28,948 bases of DNA from Sulfurospirillum sp. (GTDB taxonomy: Bacteria; Campylobacterota; Campylobacteria; Campylobacterales; Sulfurospirillaceae): assembly GCA_045047115.1 (NCBI GenBank), contig JASFYR010000007.1, positions 1 through 28,948 of the forward strand. Reading direction: 5' to 3'. Numbering within the stretch: position 1 is the first letter of the stretch; every line of letters starts with the position of its first letter. Below, in pieces: positions 1-9,722 of this stretch. The position numbers were made by a program, and so were the translations under genes. The notes beneath the pieces are model-generated. The model ran no database searches. It saw nothing but the letters and a program-made list of their open reading frames with translations, and was not told the origin of the DNA.

Positions 1-1
1 A

Positions 2-922
2 CTTTTAGTTCTTGTCATCGGAGAGAGTGCCAGAGCGGATCATTTTTCACTCAACGGCTACAAAAAAGATACAAACCCATATCTTAAAAATGAAAATATC
101 ATAAACTTTTCTCAAATGTATTCTTGCGGAACAGAGACTGTTACATCAGTGACTTGCATGTTTTCTACTCTTAATAGAAGTAAGTTTAGTATTAGAGCGG
201 CACTTGGACATGAAAATCTACTTGATATCGCCAAGAGAGCAGGTGTAAAAATCAAGTGGATAGACAATAACTCAGATTCCAAGGGCGTAGCAACTAGAAT
301 CAAAGATGTAGTAAATATAAGAAATGAAAAGATAGAGCATTTTTGTGATAGTGGTGAATGCAGAGATGAAGCTATGCTGGTAGGATTGCAAAAATATATA
401 AACAAAGACATAAAAGATACTATTATAGTGTTGCATCAGATGGGAAACCATGGACCTGAATACTATAAAAGATATCCAAAAAAGTTTGAAAAATTTAAGC
501 CTGTATGCAAAAGCAACCAGCTCCAAAAGTGTACCAAAGAAGAGATCAAAAACGCTTATGATAACGCCATACTGTACACAGACTATTTTTTGAGTAAAAC
601 TATAAATTTGTTAAAGCAAAATGAAAATAAATATGAAACAGCACTCCTGTATCTTTCTGATCATGGAGAGTCTTTAGGAGAAAATGGTGTTTATCTTCAT
701 GCTATGCCTTATTTTATAGCACCAGTTGCTCAAAGGCATATAGCTTCTATTGCTTGGTTTGGAAAGAATTTTGATCACTTAAATCAGCAGTGTATAAAAG
801 ATAGTGAGAACAAGCACTATTCGCAAGATAATTATTTTAGTACGGTTTTAGGTTTGATGGGTATAAAGACAAAAGTTTACAATAAAAAAGAAGATATATT
901 TGCCAAGTGCAGAAAAAAATAG
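2..922 (+). CDS. eptA: Phosphoethanolamine transferase (EptA/EptC family), C-terminal catalytic domain; 5'-truncated by window edge
   Basis: Frame open from position 2 (LLVLVIGESARADHFSLNGY); SCGTET with catalytic Thr; LHQMGNHGPEYYKRYP, YDNAILYTD and LSDHGESLGENGVYLH motifs. Confidence 0.93.
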   Translation, partial: LLVLVIGESARADHFSLNGYKKDTNPYLKNENIINFSQMYSCGTETVTSVTCMFSTLNRSKFSIRAALGHENLLDIAKRAGVKIKWIDNNSDSKGVATRIKDVVNIRNEKIEHFCDSGECRDEAMLVGLQKYINKDIKDTIIVLHQMGNHGPEYYKRYPKKFEKFKPVCKSNQLQKCTKEEIKNAYDNAILYTDYFLSKTINLLKQNENKYETALLYLSDHGESLGENGVYLHAMPYFIAPVAQRHIASIAWFGKNFDHLNQQCIKDSENKHYSQDNYFSTVLGLMGIKTKVYNKKEDIFAKCRKK

Positions 923-933
923 AGGGTAGAATT

Positions 934-1647
934 TTGGAAGAGAATAAACAACAAAAAATTGTAGAGATGTTCGATGAGATAGCTCCAACTTATGACAAAG
1001 CAAATAGAGTTTTAAGTATGGGTGTTGATATTCAGTGGAGAAAGAAAGCTTGTGATGAGACATTCGCAAGATATGCCAAACCGATAGATTTGATAGTCGA
1101 TGTTGCTTGCGGAACAGGTGATATGATGGGTTATTGGAAAAAAAGAGCAGAAAAAACAGGGATTAAGGTAGAGAAGATATTAGGTGTTGATCCTTCGGTA
1201 GGAATGGTAGAGGTAGGAAAAGAGAAATTCCCTGATTTTGAATTTGTCATAAGTGATGCTACAAACTTACCACTTCCTGATAATAGCGCGGATATACTAA
1301 GTATCAGCTATGGGATAAGAAATGTTGTGAAGAGACAAGAGGCTTTTTTAGAGTTTGCAAGAGTTTTGAAGAAGGGTGGTTATGTGGTAATCTTGGAATT
1401 CACAAAAGATGACAAAAAAAGCTCTCTACATGCCATAAAAGACTTTTATATGAATAGAGTTTTGCCAAAAATTGGAGGATTTATCTCTAAGAACAAAGAA
1501 GCTTATGAGTATCTTCCAAATTCGATAGAGGGTTTTTTGACTTCCAAAATGCTTCAGTTTGAGCTTGATAAGGCCGGTTTTACCACTGAATTTTCAAAAA
1601 GTTTTTCTATGGACATATCTACTTTGGTGATTGCTAAAAAAAGATGA
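934..1647 (+). CDS. ubiE: Demethylmenaquinone/ubiquinone methyltransferase UbiE/MenG
   Basis: MFDEIAPTYDKANRVLSMG, SAM motif DVACGTGD, SYGIRNV, AYEYLPNSI; TTG start at 934 chosen because GAGGG RBS is at 922-926. Confidence 0.93.
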   Translation: MEENKQQKIVEMFDEIAPTYDKANRVLSMGVDIQWRKKACDETFARYAKPIDLIVDVACGTGDMMGYWKKRAEKTGIKVEKILGVDPSVGMVEVGKEKFPDFEFVISDATNLPLPDNSADILSISYGIRNVVKRQEAFLEFARVLKKGGYVVILEFTKDDKKSSLHAIKDFYMNRVLPKIGGFISKNKEAYEYLPNSIEGFLTSKMLQFELDKAGFTTEFSKSFSMDISTLVIAKKR

Positions 1648-2900
1648 GTACCATACAAACTGTAAGTAGTTTAAACAATCAGATAAAATCTCTTTTAGAG
1701 AGTACATTTTTACATATACATGTAGAGGGTGAAGTCTCAAGATTTACCTACCATGGTTCGGGGCATCTATATTTTACTCTTAAAGATGAGAGTTCCTCAA
1801 TATCTTGTGTGATGTTTAGAGGAAACAATGCAAAGATGAAATTTCGTCTCGAAGAGGGTATGCAAGTTATCATTCACGGCTCTATATCTTTGTATGTTCC
1901 AAGAGGATCTTACCAGCTTAATTGTGTGAGTATTGAGCCTGCCGGAAGTGGAGCTTTGGCAAAAGCTTATGAACAGCTTAAAGTTAAATTAAAAGCCCTG
2001 GGTTATTTTGATGAAGCAAATAAAAAAAAGATACCAAGATATATAAAGAGTGTTGCATTGGTGACTTCTGGCACAGGAGCAGCTCTTCAAGATATGCTAA
2101 GAGTTGCCAAAAAGAGATGGCCTTTGATTAAGCTTAAAGTTATAGATACGATAGTTCAGGGTGAAAACAGCGCCTCAAATATAGCACAAAATATAAAATT
2201 TGCGGACTCTTTGGGGGTTGAGGTGATAGTCATAGGCAGAGGCGGCGGAAGTATAGAGGATTTGTGGGGATTTAATGAAGAAGTGGTGGCAAATGCTGTG
2301 TATAAAGCAAAAACACCGATAGTCTCGGCTGTTGGACATGAGATAGATTATGTCATCAGTGATTTTGTCGCAGACTTGCGAGCTCCTACACCATCAGCTG
2401 CTATGGAGATGATACTACCAGACAGTGTAGAGATTTTGATGAGTATAGATGGCTTGATTGACAATATGAATTATGCCTGTAAAAGGATGATTGCACATAA
2501 GCAGAGTGAAATAAAAAGTTTTAAAAGTGAATTTAAAAGATACTCTTTTGAGCAAAAAATTGATCTGATTTTAAAAGAGGTAAGATTTCTAAAAGCAAGA
2601 TTTAAAGCAAGATTTAGCCAGATTATTCAAGAGAGTGAACAAAATCTATCTTTTACAAAAGAGAACTTATCCTTTATATGCATACAAAATATCATTAAAA
2701 AAGAGCAGTCTTTGCAAAACATAAGCTCAATACTCAAATCTAAGGATCCCAGAAAAGGATTGAATGAGAACTATGCTCAGGTAGTTCAAAACGGACATAC
2801 AATCAAACCGGAAAATCTCCACATTAATGATCTTTATGAGCTTCAGACAAAAGATAAAATCATAAATTCAAAAGTATTAAATATCGAGTTGATCAATTAG
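1644..2900 (+). CDS. xseA: Exodeoxyribonuclease VII large subunit
   Basis: N-terminal OB fold (SGHLYFTLKD), GRGGGSIEDLWGFNEE, SAVGHEIDYVISDFVADLRAPTPSAA; ATGA overlap with ubiE. Confidence 0.97.
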   Translation: MSTIQTVSSLNNQIKSLLESTFLHIHVEGEVSRFTYHGSGHLYFTLKDESSSISCVMFRGNNAKMKFRLEEGMQVIIHGSISLYVPRGSYQLNCVSIEPAGSGALAKAYEQLKVKLKALGYFDEANKKKIPRYIKSVALVTSGTGAALQDMLRVAKKRWPLIKLKVIDTIVQGENSASNIAQNIKFADSLGVEVIVIGRGGGSIEDLWGFNEEVVANAVYKAKTPIVSAVGHEIDYVISDFVADLRAPTPSAAMEMILPDSVEILMSIDGLIDNMNYACKRMIAHKQSEIKSFKSEFKRYSFEQKIDLILKEVRFLKARFKARFSQIIQESEQNLSFTKENLSFICIQNIIKKEQSLQNISSILKSKDPRKGLNENYAQVVQNGHTIKPENLHINDLYELQTKDKIINSKVLNIELIN

Positions 2901-2912
2901 CCAATCGATCAA
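2889..2912. terminator. Possible hairpin between convergent xseA and mqnF
   Basis: TTGATCAATT-agcc-AATCGATCAA, 9/10 stem (mismatch is G.U on minus strand); AT-rich with no clear U-tract. Confidence 0.3.
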
Positions 2913-2925
2913 AATTATCATATTA

Positions 2926-4146
2926 TCATAAAATTTTCTCTCCATTTATATAGATCTTTTCTGCTTTTTTTGTGTGCAATATAAGTTGTGTTGCTAAATC
3001 ATCACCAATCAATTTATTCGGTAGTTTTACAGCTAGTATATCGGCATCTTTGCCTGCTTCTAATACCCCATTGTTTAGGCCTAGTGCATTGGCCGCATTT
3101 ATTGTGCTCATTGAAATCAGTCTTTTTGAGAGTTTGTCTACGTCGGTTTTAAAGTGCATCATTAAAGCACCTCTCATCTCATCCCAAAGGCTAAGGGATA
3201 TGTTTGAACTTAATCCGTCAGTTGCAAGGTTTAGCATCTCTTTATCTATCTTTTCTATCTCTAATCTTCCCGAGTTTAAAAGGCGATTTGAGACAGGGCA
3301 GTGTGTTATAAAGCCATTTAACTCTTTTATCTTCTCTAGTTCTTCCTTGGTTGCTTTTGTGCAGTGTGTAAAGAGTGCAAAGGTATCGTGAAAAAGTTCA
3401 AGATACTCTAAAGCACTATTCAATGGTCTTGTATTTGGAGCAAAAGAGTTAAAAAACTTCACAAAATCTCCACTCCCGCTATCTAGCCACTTTCTTTCAG
3501 CCTGAGATTCCATAAAGTGTGTGGAGACTTGGTAGTCCTGATCCCTGGCAATATCAAGTACATTTTTTGTAAGTATCGGATGTGTAGAATAGGGTGAATG
3601 TACAGATATGGCGGGGATAAATTTTTCACTCCTCTTATCTTCGCTTTGATGCAGTCTTGACTTGAAATTATCAAAGAGAATATCTACCGCATCAGGGCTG
3701 GAGCCTAAGATTTCATTGAAATACACCACCTTTTGAGGAGTATTTATGCAAGGTTCAAAATCATCCCCAAAACTACTAATTTCCCCTAAAGTTGTTGTAC
3801 CGCTATGGAGCATATTTTTTAATTCTGCTTCTATGCATTTAGCTCCGCCGTTTTGCAATATATCTTCTCTGTTTTTTATAACACTGTTCAACCAAGGTAT
3901 AAAATTTCCATATTTAAGAGATGTTCTATTTGCGCTAAATTCTAAATGTACATGTGGATTTATAAGTCCGGGCATTAATACAGTATTTTTTCCATAATCA
4001 ATTATTTTTATATCTTTATATCTATTTTTAATCTCTTTTGCTTTTCCTATATCGATTATCTTTTTATCAAAACAGATAGCTCCATTTTCGATAATTTTAA
4101 AATCACCTCTACATGTAAGAATGAAATCAGCTTTAATTATCTTCAT
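2926..4146 (-). CDS. mqnF: Metal-dependent amidohydrolase, aminofutalosine deaminase family (futalosine menaquinone pathway)
   Basis: MPGLINPHVHLEFS (HxH), SVHSPYSTHP, THFMES, HCPVSN, ATDGLSSN; lies divergent from aroQ as in other Campylobacterota. Confidence 0.8.
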   Translation of the reverse strand: MKIIKADFILTCRGDFKIIENGAICFDKKIIDIGKAKEIKNRYKDIKIIDYGKNTVLMPGLINPHVHLEFSANRTSLKYGNFIPWLNSVIKNREDILQNGGAKCIEAELKNMLHSGTTTLGEISSFGDDFEPCINTPQKVVYFNEILGSSPDAVDILFDNFKSRLHQSEDKRSEKFIPAISVHSPYSTHPILTKNVLDIARDQDYQVSTHFMESQAERKWLDSGSGDFVKFFNSFAPNTRPLNSALEYLELFHDTFALFTHCTKATKEELEKIKELNGFITHCPVSNRLLNSGRLEIEKIDKEMLNLATDGLSSNISLSLWDEMRGALMMHFKTDVDKLSKRLISMSTINAANALGLNNGVLEAGKDADILAVKLPNKLIGDDLATQLILHTKKAEKIYINGEKIL

Positions 4147-4172
4147 CTTGTATCCCCATTTTATTGTTAAAA

Positions 4173-4196
4173 TATTTTAGCAATTTATTTTAGCAA
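4173..4196 (-). promoter_or_regulatory. Two tandem extended -10 elements (TGCTAAAAT) upstream of mqnF
   Basis: TATTTTAGCAA at 4173-4183 and 4186-4196 on + strand; each reads TGnTAAAAT on minus, about 30-50 nt upstream of the start. Confidence 0.6.
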
Positions 4197-4337
4197 AATA
4201 ACCTTTGTTTTTGTGATAGGTCAAATCATAGATGTTTATCCTTGCCGGTAATGATAGTAAAAAACAGAACAGCAAGCTTATAAATGTTGTTTGGAAATTG
4301 AGTTCTTTCACAGTCTCAAAGAATCTAAAAGTTTTCA

Positions 4338-4364
4338 GGGTTAGGCTTTATATATACCTAACCC
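4338..4364 (-). terminator. Hairpin immediately downstream of pfpI stop
   Basis: GGGTTAGG-N11-CCTAACCC, perfect 8-bp stem 6 nt after the stop; U-tract weak. Confidence 0.55.
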
Positions 4365-4370
4365 AAAGTT

Positions 4371-4946
4371 TTAAAGAGTTATTTTTGTACCAAGCACACT
4401 TAAAAATTGGGCTATCCATGCAGGATGAGCCGGCCATGCAGGAGCAGTTACAAGGTTGCCGTCTGTAAAAGCATCTGTTATCTCTATGTCTTGATAAAAA
4501 CCACCGGCTTCTCTAACTTCCGGACCACAAGCAGGGTAGGCTGAACATTTTTTGTCTCTCAGCAGATTTGCGGCAGCGAGTATTTGTGCTCCGTGACAGA
4601 TGGCTGCTATCGGTTTGTTCGCATTGGCAAAATGCTCTACCAACTCTAAAACCCTCTCATCAAGTCTTAGGTACTCCGGTGCTCTGCCTCCTGGAATCAC
4701 AAGTGCATCAAAACTATCTAAATCCAAATCTTCAAAATCACCATTTAGAGTAAAATTATGACCAGGTTTTTCAGTATATGTCTGATCTCCCTCAAAGTCA
4801 TGTATAGCAGTTCTGACAAAGTCACCGGCTTTTTTATCAGGACATACAGCTACACTCTCATGGCCGACAGCTGCCAAAGCTTGAAAAGGCACCATAATCT
4901 CATAATCTTCTACAAAATCACCAATGATAAACAGTATCTTGCTCAT
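4371..4946 (-). CDS. pfpI: DJ-1/PfpI family protein (glyoxalase III/deglycase or intracellular protease-like)
   Basis: [37 protein letters not shown], nucleophile [17 protein letters not shown]; start at 4946 supported by GAGGAG RBS (4953-4958). Confidence 0.92.
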   Translation of the reverse strand: MSKILFIIGDFVEDYEIMVPFQALAAVGHESVAVCPDKKAGDFVRTAIHDFEGDQTYTEKPGHNFTLNGDFEDLDLDSFDALVIPGGRAPEYLRLDERVLELVEHFANANKPIAAICHGAQILAAANLLRDKKCSAYPACGPEVREAGGFYQDIEITDAFTDGNLVTAPAWPAHPAWIAQFLSVLGTKITL

Positions 4947-4972
4947 GTTAAACTCCTCGCTATTTTTATTTG

Positions 4973-4981
4973 AGTATATCA
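4973..4981 (-). promoter_or_regulatory. Extended -10 (TGaTATACT) for pfpI
   Basis: Minus-strand TGATATACT 26 nt upstream of the ATG. Confidence 0.55.
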
Positions 4982-5150
4982 CAATTCAGTAAATGGGCTC
5001 TAAATGTAATTTTTCAAAAGATACAGACCATCACAAATTTTTTCAATGAATTAGTGGAGTGATAATTTTGGATTAGTCTGTCCTTGCAACTAAGCAAACA
5101 GGAGGAATAAGCATAATCTAGAAATTTTAATAAAATATTTTACAACATAT

Positions 5151-5159
5151 TGATATAAT
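5151..5159 (+). promoter_or_regulatory. Extended -10 (TGaTATAAT) for the aroQ-flhF-fliA operon
   Basis: TGATATAAT 31 nt upstream of the GTG start; AAGGAAG RBS between. Confidence 0.7.
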
Positions 5160-5190
5160 AAATAAAATTTTTAATTAAAGGAAGCCAAAA

Positions 5191-5676
5191 GTGAAAATAG
5201 TTGTTATTCAAGGACCAAATTTAAATATGTTAGGACATAGAGAGCAAAATATCTATGGACCGATGAAACTAGAGCAGATTCATGAGCAGATGAGTGCAGT
5301 TGCAAAAGAGAATAAAGTTGAGATAGAGTTTTTTCAATCAAATCTTGAGGGTGAAATCGTAGACAAGATTCAAGAGTGTCTTGGAGATGCTGATGGTATC
5401 ATCATCAATCCTGCTGCCTATTCACATACCTCTATAGCTATCAGAGATGCCATCAGCGCAGTTGCTTTGCCTACTATAGAGGTACACATCAGCAATATTT
5501 TTAGAAGAGAAGAGTTTAGGGCGACAAGCATGACTGCACCCGTAGTTACAGGAGTAATAAGTGGTTTTGGGCCATTTGGTTATCACTTGGCTACTATTTC
5601 TTTATTGCAAATTTTAGGTGAAATGGAAGCGATGAAGCAAACTGAAGCTCAGCAAGTGCAAACACAAAGTAATTAA
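5191..5676 (+). CDS. aroQ: Type II 3-dehydroquinate dehydratase
   Basis: [40 protein letters not shown]. Confidence 0.98.
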   Translation: MKIVVIQGPNLNMLGHREQNIYGPMKLEQIHEQMSAVAKENKVEIEFFQSNLEGEIVDKIQECLGDADGIIINPAAYSHTSIAIRDAISAVALPTIEVHISNIFRREEFRATSMTAPVVTGVISGFGPFGYHLATISLLQILGEMEAMKQTEAQQVQTQSN

Positions 5677-6704
5677 TGGACTATATACTAAAAGATGAGA
5701 ATGCCGTCTATTATGAGTGCGGCTTCTCGTGTGATAATGAGATATTTCTGAGATTTGGAAACGAGTCGTTTTTCTTGACAGATTCGAGATATCTAACAGA
5801 GGCAAAAGAGTCTGTAAGTAATGCAGAAGTTATTCTGATGGACAGAAGAGATCCCTTGAGGGTTGCAAGAGAATTGATTAGAAAATCGGCAATAAAATCT
5901 TTGGTTTACAATCCTCTTGAGTGGAGTGTGGACGAGTTTGAAAAACTTAGCTCAAAACTCTCTATATATTTTAAAAAAAGTATCAACTTTTCACAGAAAA
6001 AGCGGATAATTAAGAGTGATTTAGAACTTGAGATTTTGCGAAAATCTTCAAGTCTCGGAGCAACTGCATTTGATGATTTTGCTACTTTTGTGATGAAGAG
6101 TGGTCTTGGCTTAAGTGAAAAAAGACTCTTTAATGTTGCAGAAAATATATTTAAAAATTATGGAGAACTGGAGCTTAGTTTTGCCCCAATCGTAGCACTT
6201 GAAGAAAACTCGGCAAAACCTCACTCACTGCCTACGAAAAAGCTACTAAAAAAAGAGATGTTGCTTCTTGTGGATGCGGGAGTCAAGTATAAAAGATATT
6301 GCTCTGATCGAACCAGAACAGCGCGCGTAGATATAGGTATGAATTTTTCCAAAAATCAGAAATTTAAAGATAAAAAGAGACAAAAGATATACGATATCGT
6401 GTTAAAAGCCCAGGAAACAGCCATCAAGAAGGCAAGAGCCGGCGTGAGTGCAAGCGACATAGACAAAGCGGGTCGTGATGTGATAGAAAAGGCAGGATAC
6501 GGTAAATATTTTATACACTCAACAGGACATGGAGTTGGTTTGGATATACATGAATTGCCCGTTATCGGAGCTAGAAGTAAAGATATTATAGAAGAAAATA
6601 TGGTCTTTACAATAGAGCCTGGTATCTATCTGCCAGGTGTTTTTGGAGTTAGGATAGAAGATACGGTTATTGCAAAAAGCGATTGTGTTGAGGTGATTGG
6701 TTGA
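5676..6704 (+). CDS. pepP: Xaa-Pro aminopeptidase (M24 family)
   Basis: LLVDAG, YCSDRTRT, HSTGHGVGLDIHE, FTIEPGIY, GVRIED. Confidence 0.9.
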   Translation: MDYILKDENAVYYECGFSCDNEIFLRFGNESFFLTDSRYLTEAKESVSNAEVILMDRRDPLRVARELIRKSAIKSLVYNPLEWSVDEFEKLSSKLSIYFKKSINFSQKKRIIKSDLELEILRKSSSLGATAFDDFATFVMKSGLGLSEKRLFNVAENIFKNYGELELSFAPIVALEENSAKPHSLPTKKLLKKEMLLLVDAGVKYKRYCSDRTRTARVDIGMNFSKNQKFKDKKRQKIYDIVLKAQETAIKKARAGVSASDIDKAGRDVIEKAGYGKYFIHSTGHGVGLDIHELPVIGARSKDIIEENMVFTIEPGIYLPGVFGVRIEDTVIAKSDCVEVIG

Positions 6705-7195
6705 AAGAGATCAGTTTAAGTGAAGAGTTAACACTCATCTTTGAGAGCTGTTTTCCTGTCAAAAATAGAAAAAGAGCAAATTTTAAACATATGGCTATAG
6801 TCGGTATAGGCGGAAATATAGGAGATGTAAAAAAGAGATTTAGAGCAGTGTATAGATACTTTCTGAAAGATAGAAGATTTTGGGTTTTACAAACATCGCC
6901 TATTTTGAAAAATCCACCTTTTGGATATAAGGAACAAAATTATTTTTTAAATGCTGTTTTGGTTTTGCAGACAAGTATAAGTGCGCAAGAGCTTTTAAAA
7001 AATCTTTTACATGTAGAGAAGCTTCATAAGCGAAAAAGAAGTTTCAAAAATGCACCAAGGAGCCTGGATTTGGATATAATATTTTTTGATAACTTGAATA
7101 TCAAGACAAAAAATCTAAAAGTTCCTCACCCTGGTTGGCATGATAGAGTGAGTGTAACCATACCTCTTGGTTTTATAGAAAGGATTGCTCAGTGA
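6701..7195 (+). CDS. folK: 2-amino-4-hydroxy-6-hydroxymethyldihydropteridine diphosphokinase
   Basis: VGIGGNIG, FLNAV, NAPRSLDLDII, VPHP; TTG start overlapping pepP stop. Confidence 0.95.
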   Translation: MKEISLSEELTLIFESCFPVKNRKRANFKHMAIVGIGGNIGDVKKRFRAVYRYFLKDRRFWVLQTSPILKNPPFGYKEQNYFLNAVLVLQTSISAQELLKNLLHVEKLHKRKRSFKNAPRSLDLDIIFFDNLNIKTKNLKVPHPGWHDRVSVTIPLGFIERIAQ

Positions 7196-8463
7196 AATTT
7201 TTGACTTTCAGTGGTGAAACTCCATCAGCTGCTTTGAAATTGGCTCAACAGGAGTGTGGAGAAAATGCTCTTGTAGTCAGCACAAAACAGATACGAAAAA
7301 AAACTATAAATACAAGCTCTTTATATGAAGTTGTTGTTGCAGTTGAAGAGGCAGAAGAGAAGTATGCGAAACCAAAGCCAAAACCTCTGAAAAAGAGTAG
7401 CGAAGATGTACTCTTAAATATATCCGAAGCCGCTAAACAAATTTCTCAAATTACACAAGTGACAAATGAAGGCTTTGAAATACGCAAGAAAAATAAAAAA
7501 AATATACCACAAAAGGCAAATGAGGATTTAGGAGATATAAAGGAAGAGATAACCAAGTTGACCGATAAAATCAAGCTTATACAAGAGATGTTTTGGGAGG
7601 AAAAGGCGCCAAACCGAAATAATCTTCAGATTCCGCCTGAGTTTTCGGAGATATATAAATTGGCAAGAAAGAGTGGTATGGGTGAAGATCATCTTGAAAA
7701 TATTATGAATCTGACTTTAGAGCATATGCCATCCCGTATGAGAAGTAGCAGCGCTACTATAAAGAGGTACTTTCAAGTGCTTCTTCGCAAACTAATTCCT
7801 ATAAGAGTAGAGTCGCAAATAACAAAAAGATCAAAAAGAGTGATGATGTTCGTGGGGCCTACTGGTGTTGGAAAAACTACCACTATAGCAAAACTGGCAG
7901 CTAGATACTCCTATATACAAGAGAAGAGAAGCAAAGTAGGGATAATCACTCTCGATACTTACAGAATCGGTGCGGTTGAGCAGCTTTTTCAATATGCAAA
8001 GATGATGCGTTTACCAATAGAAGATGTTGTTGATCCAAATGATTTTAACAATGCTCTGAATTCTTTAAATCATTGTGATATCATACTTATAGATACTGTC
8101 GGCAGTTCGCAGTATGATAGAGAAAAGCTAAAAAAATTAGAAAAATTCATAAATAGAAGCGATTTTAAGATAGATGTAAATTTGGTACTTTCGGCTGGAT
8201 GCAAACTTGAAGATTTGGAAGAGATATATAAGAATTTTGCATTTTTAGATATAGACACTCTGGTTTTTACAAAATTTGATGAAACAAAGGCATTTGGAAC
8301 AGTTTTTTCTCTGATTTACAATACAGACAAACCGGTGAGTTACTTTTCTATAGGGCAAGAGGTGCCCGATGATATAGTAGTGGCATCGAGTGATTTTCTC
8401 GTAAATTGCATACTTGAAGGTTTTAATGCAAAAAAGGAAGAGCATGCAAAGCCAAGCAAATAA
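7192..8463 (+). CDS. flhF: Flagellar biosynthesis SRP-family GTPase FlhF
   Basis: GPTGVGKTTTIAKLAA, DTYRIGAVEQL, IDTVG, TKFDET, GQEVPDD. Confidence 0.97.
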   Translation: MKFLTFSGETPSAALKLAQQECGENALVVSTKQIRKKTINTSSLYEVVVAVEEAEEKYAKPKPKPLKKSSEDVLLNISEAAKQISQITQVTNEGFEIRKKNKKNIPQKANEDLGDIKEEITKLTDKIKLIQEMFWEEKAPNRNNLQIPPEFSEIYKLARKSGMGEDHLENIMNLTLEHMPSRMRSSSATIKRYFQVLLRKLIPIRVESQITKRSKRVMMFVGPTGVGKTTTIAKLAARYSYIQEKRSKVGIITLDTYRIGAVEQLFQYAKMMRLPIEDVVDPNDFNNALNSLNHCDIILIDTVGSSQYDREKLKKLEKFINRSDFKIDVNLVLSAGCKLEDLEEIYKNFAFLDIDTLVFTKFDETKAFGTVFSLIYNTDKPVSYFSIGQEVPDDIVVASSDFLVNCILEGFNAKKEEHAKPSK

Positions 8464-9319
8464 ACTCAAAGAGATTGTTGAGCAAAACAGTCCAAAAAAA
8501 AGAGATACAAATATAAAATTTATAGCAGTTACAAGTGGAAAAGGGGGAGTAGGTAAGAGTACGATTAGTGCAAATATGGCAAATATATTAGCTAAAAACG
8601 GCTATAAAGTAGCGCTTTTTGATGCAGATATTGGATTGGCAAACTTAGATGTTATACTCAAGGTCAGCATAGATAAAAATATTTTACATGTCCTCAAAGG
8701 TGAATGCTCACTTAAGGATATTATCATAGAAGTCAGTAAAAATCTCATTTTAATTCCCGGTGAAAGTGGCGATGAAATACTCAAATACAGTGACCAATTT
8801 ATATTCGAGAGATTTTTTGATGAGACGGCTATGCTTGATGATTTGGATTTTGTGATAATAGATACAGGTGCGGGGATAGGAGGACACATACAGCTCTTTT
8901 TGGAGGCAGCTGATGAAGTTATAGTCGTCACTGTGCCTGATCCTGCTGCTATAACTGATGCTTATGCTACTATAAAAGTTACAAGCAAGATAAAATCATC
9001 GCTATACATGCTTTTGAATATGACTAAAAACGAAAAAGAGGCAAAGCTTATATTTGATAAAATTAAAAAAGTAGCTTTAGCAAATATAGGTAATGATTTA
9101 GAGTTGAATCTGATAGGAAAATTGCCTGAAGACAAACTTATCGCAAGGAGCGTAAAGCAAAGAACACTTTTTACGAACGACTCTCCAAACTCTTATGCGT
9201 CTATGGATTTGAAAAATATCGTAAACAACTTGGTTTACAAGCTGGAACGAAAAGTGCTTAAGGATGGTGAGCGAAGAAGTTTTGGTAGTTTTTTCAAGAG
9301 ATTGATAGAACAATTTTAA
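8444..9319 (+). CDS. flhG: Flagellar number regulator, MinD-like ATPase FlhG
   Basis: TSGKGGVGKST, DADIGLANLD, IDTGAGI, PDPAAITDAY; follows flhF; ATG 8444 after AAGGAAG. Confidence 0.95.
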   Translation: MQSQANKLKEIVEQNSPKKRDTNIKFIAVTSGKGGVGKSTISANMANILAKNGYKVALFDADIGLANLDVILKVSIDKNILHVLKGECSLKDIIIEVSKNLILIPGESGDEILKYSDQFIFERFFDETAMLDDLDFVIIDTGAGIGGHIQLFLEAADEVIVVTVPDPAAITDAYATIKVTSKIKSSLYMLLNMTKNEKEAKLIFDKIKKVALANIGNDLELNLIGKLPEDKLIARSVKQRTLFTNDSPNSYASMDLKNIVNNLVYKLERKVLKDGERRSFGSFFKRLIEQF

Positions 9320-9350
9320 TAGGTCAATTAAAAAATACAGGGAAGAAGAA

Positions 9351-9722
9351 GTGTTGCAAACAGAGAATTTTATATACTTTTTTACAGTGTGTGGGTTTTT
9401 TATAGGTATTATATTTTCTATACTAAATTTTTCCTCTCCCGGTGATATTTTATTATATACGAGCGGAATTACACTCTTTTTTTATCTGTTTGTTCATATA
9501 GTAGCTATAAATTTTGTTGATTTCTCCAGATTTGGTAGAATGATTTTTGATAAAAAAGAGCACGAAGAGATAAGCGATTATTTTATAAAAGAGCTTGATG
9601 CAAGAGAAAATAGACTTGATTCTATGTTGTTGGATTTAGAGAAGATGAATAGAAACTATAAAAAACATATATATTCAAACAGCATAGGTGAAAATGGAGA
9701 TGGCTATAAAAAGGCAGCATAA
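9351..9722 (+). CDS. Two-TM membrane protein conserved between flhG and fliA in Campylobacterota (Cj0062c-like)
   Basis: ENFIYFFTVCGFFIG N-terminus, two hydrophobic segments, coiled C-terminus; syntenic position. Confidence 0.75.
   Translation: MLQTENFIYFFTVCGFFIGIIFSILNFSSPGDILLYTSGITLFFYLFVHIVAINFVDFSRFGRMIFDKKEHEEISDYFIKELDARENRLDSMLLDLEKMNRNYKKHIYSNSIGENGDGYKKAA

Noticed and set aside
2..922. eptA as a mobile mcr colistin-resistance gene
   Set aside because: Embedded in housekeeping context (ubiE-xseA) with no mobility signs visible; an intrinsic EptA/EptC is the simpler reading.
2592..2615. 12-bp tandem repeat AAAGCAAGATTT x2 (KARFKARF) in xseA
   Set aside because: In frame, within the variable coiled-coil region of XseA; no sign of function.
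2914..2929. ATTATCAT x2, Fur-box-like half sites
   Set aside because: Lies between convergent 3' ends, not in a promoter, and the spacing does not match a Fur box.
4335..4343. TCAGGGTTA shared with the element TIR
   Set aside because: Only 9 nt, lacks the GGGG tip, and is explained by the pfpI hairpin.
5071..5118. Possible structured RNA between pfpI and aroQ (GATTA..TAATC, TCCT/AGGA, TTGC/GCAA)
   Set aside because: Stems are short and interrupted and match no RNA family I recognise; an Rfam/Infernal search would be needed.
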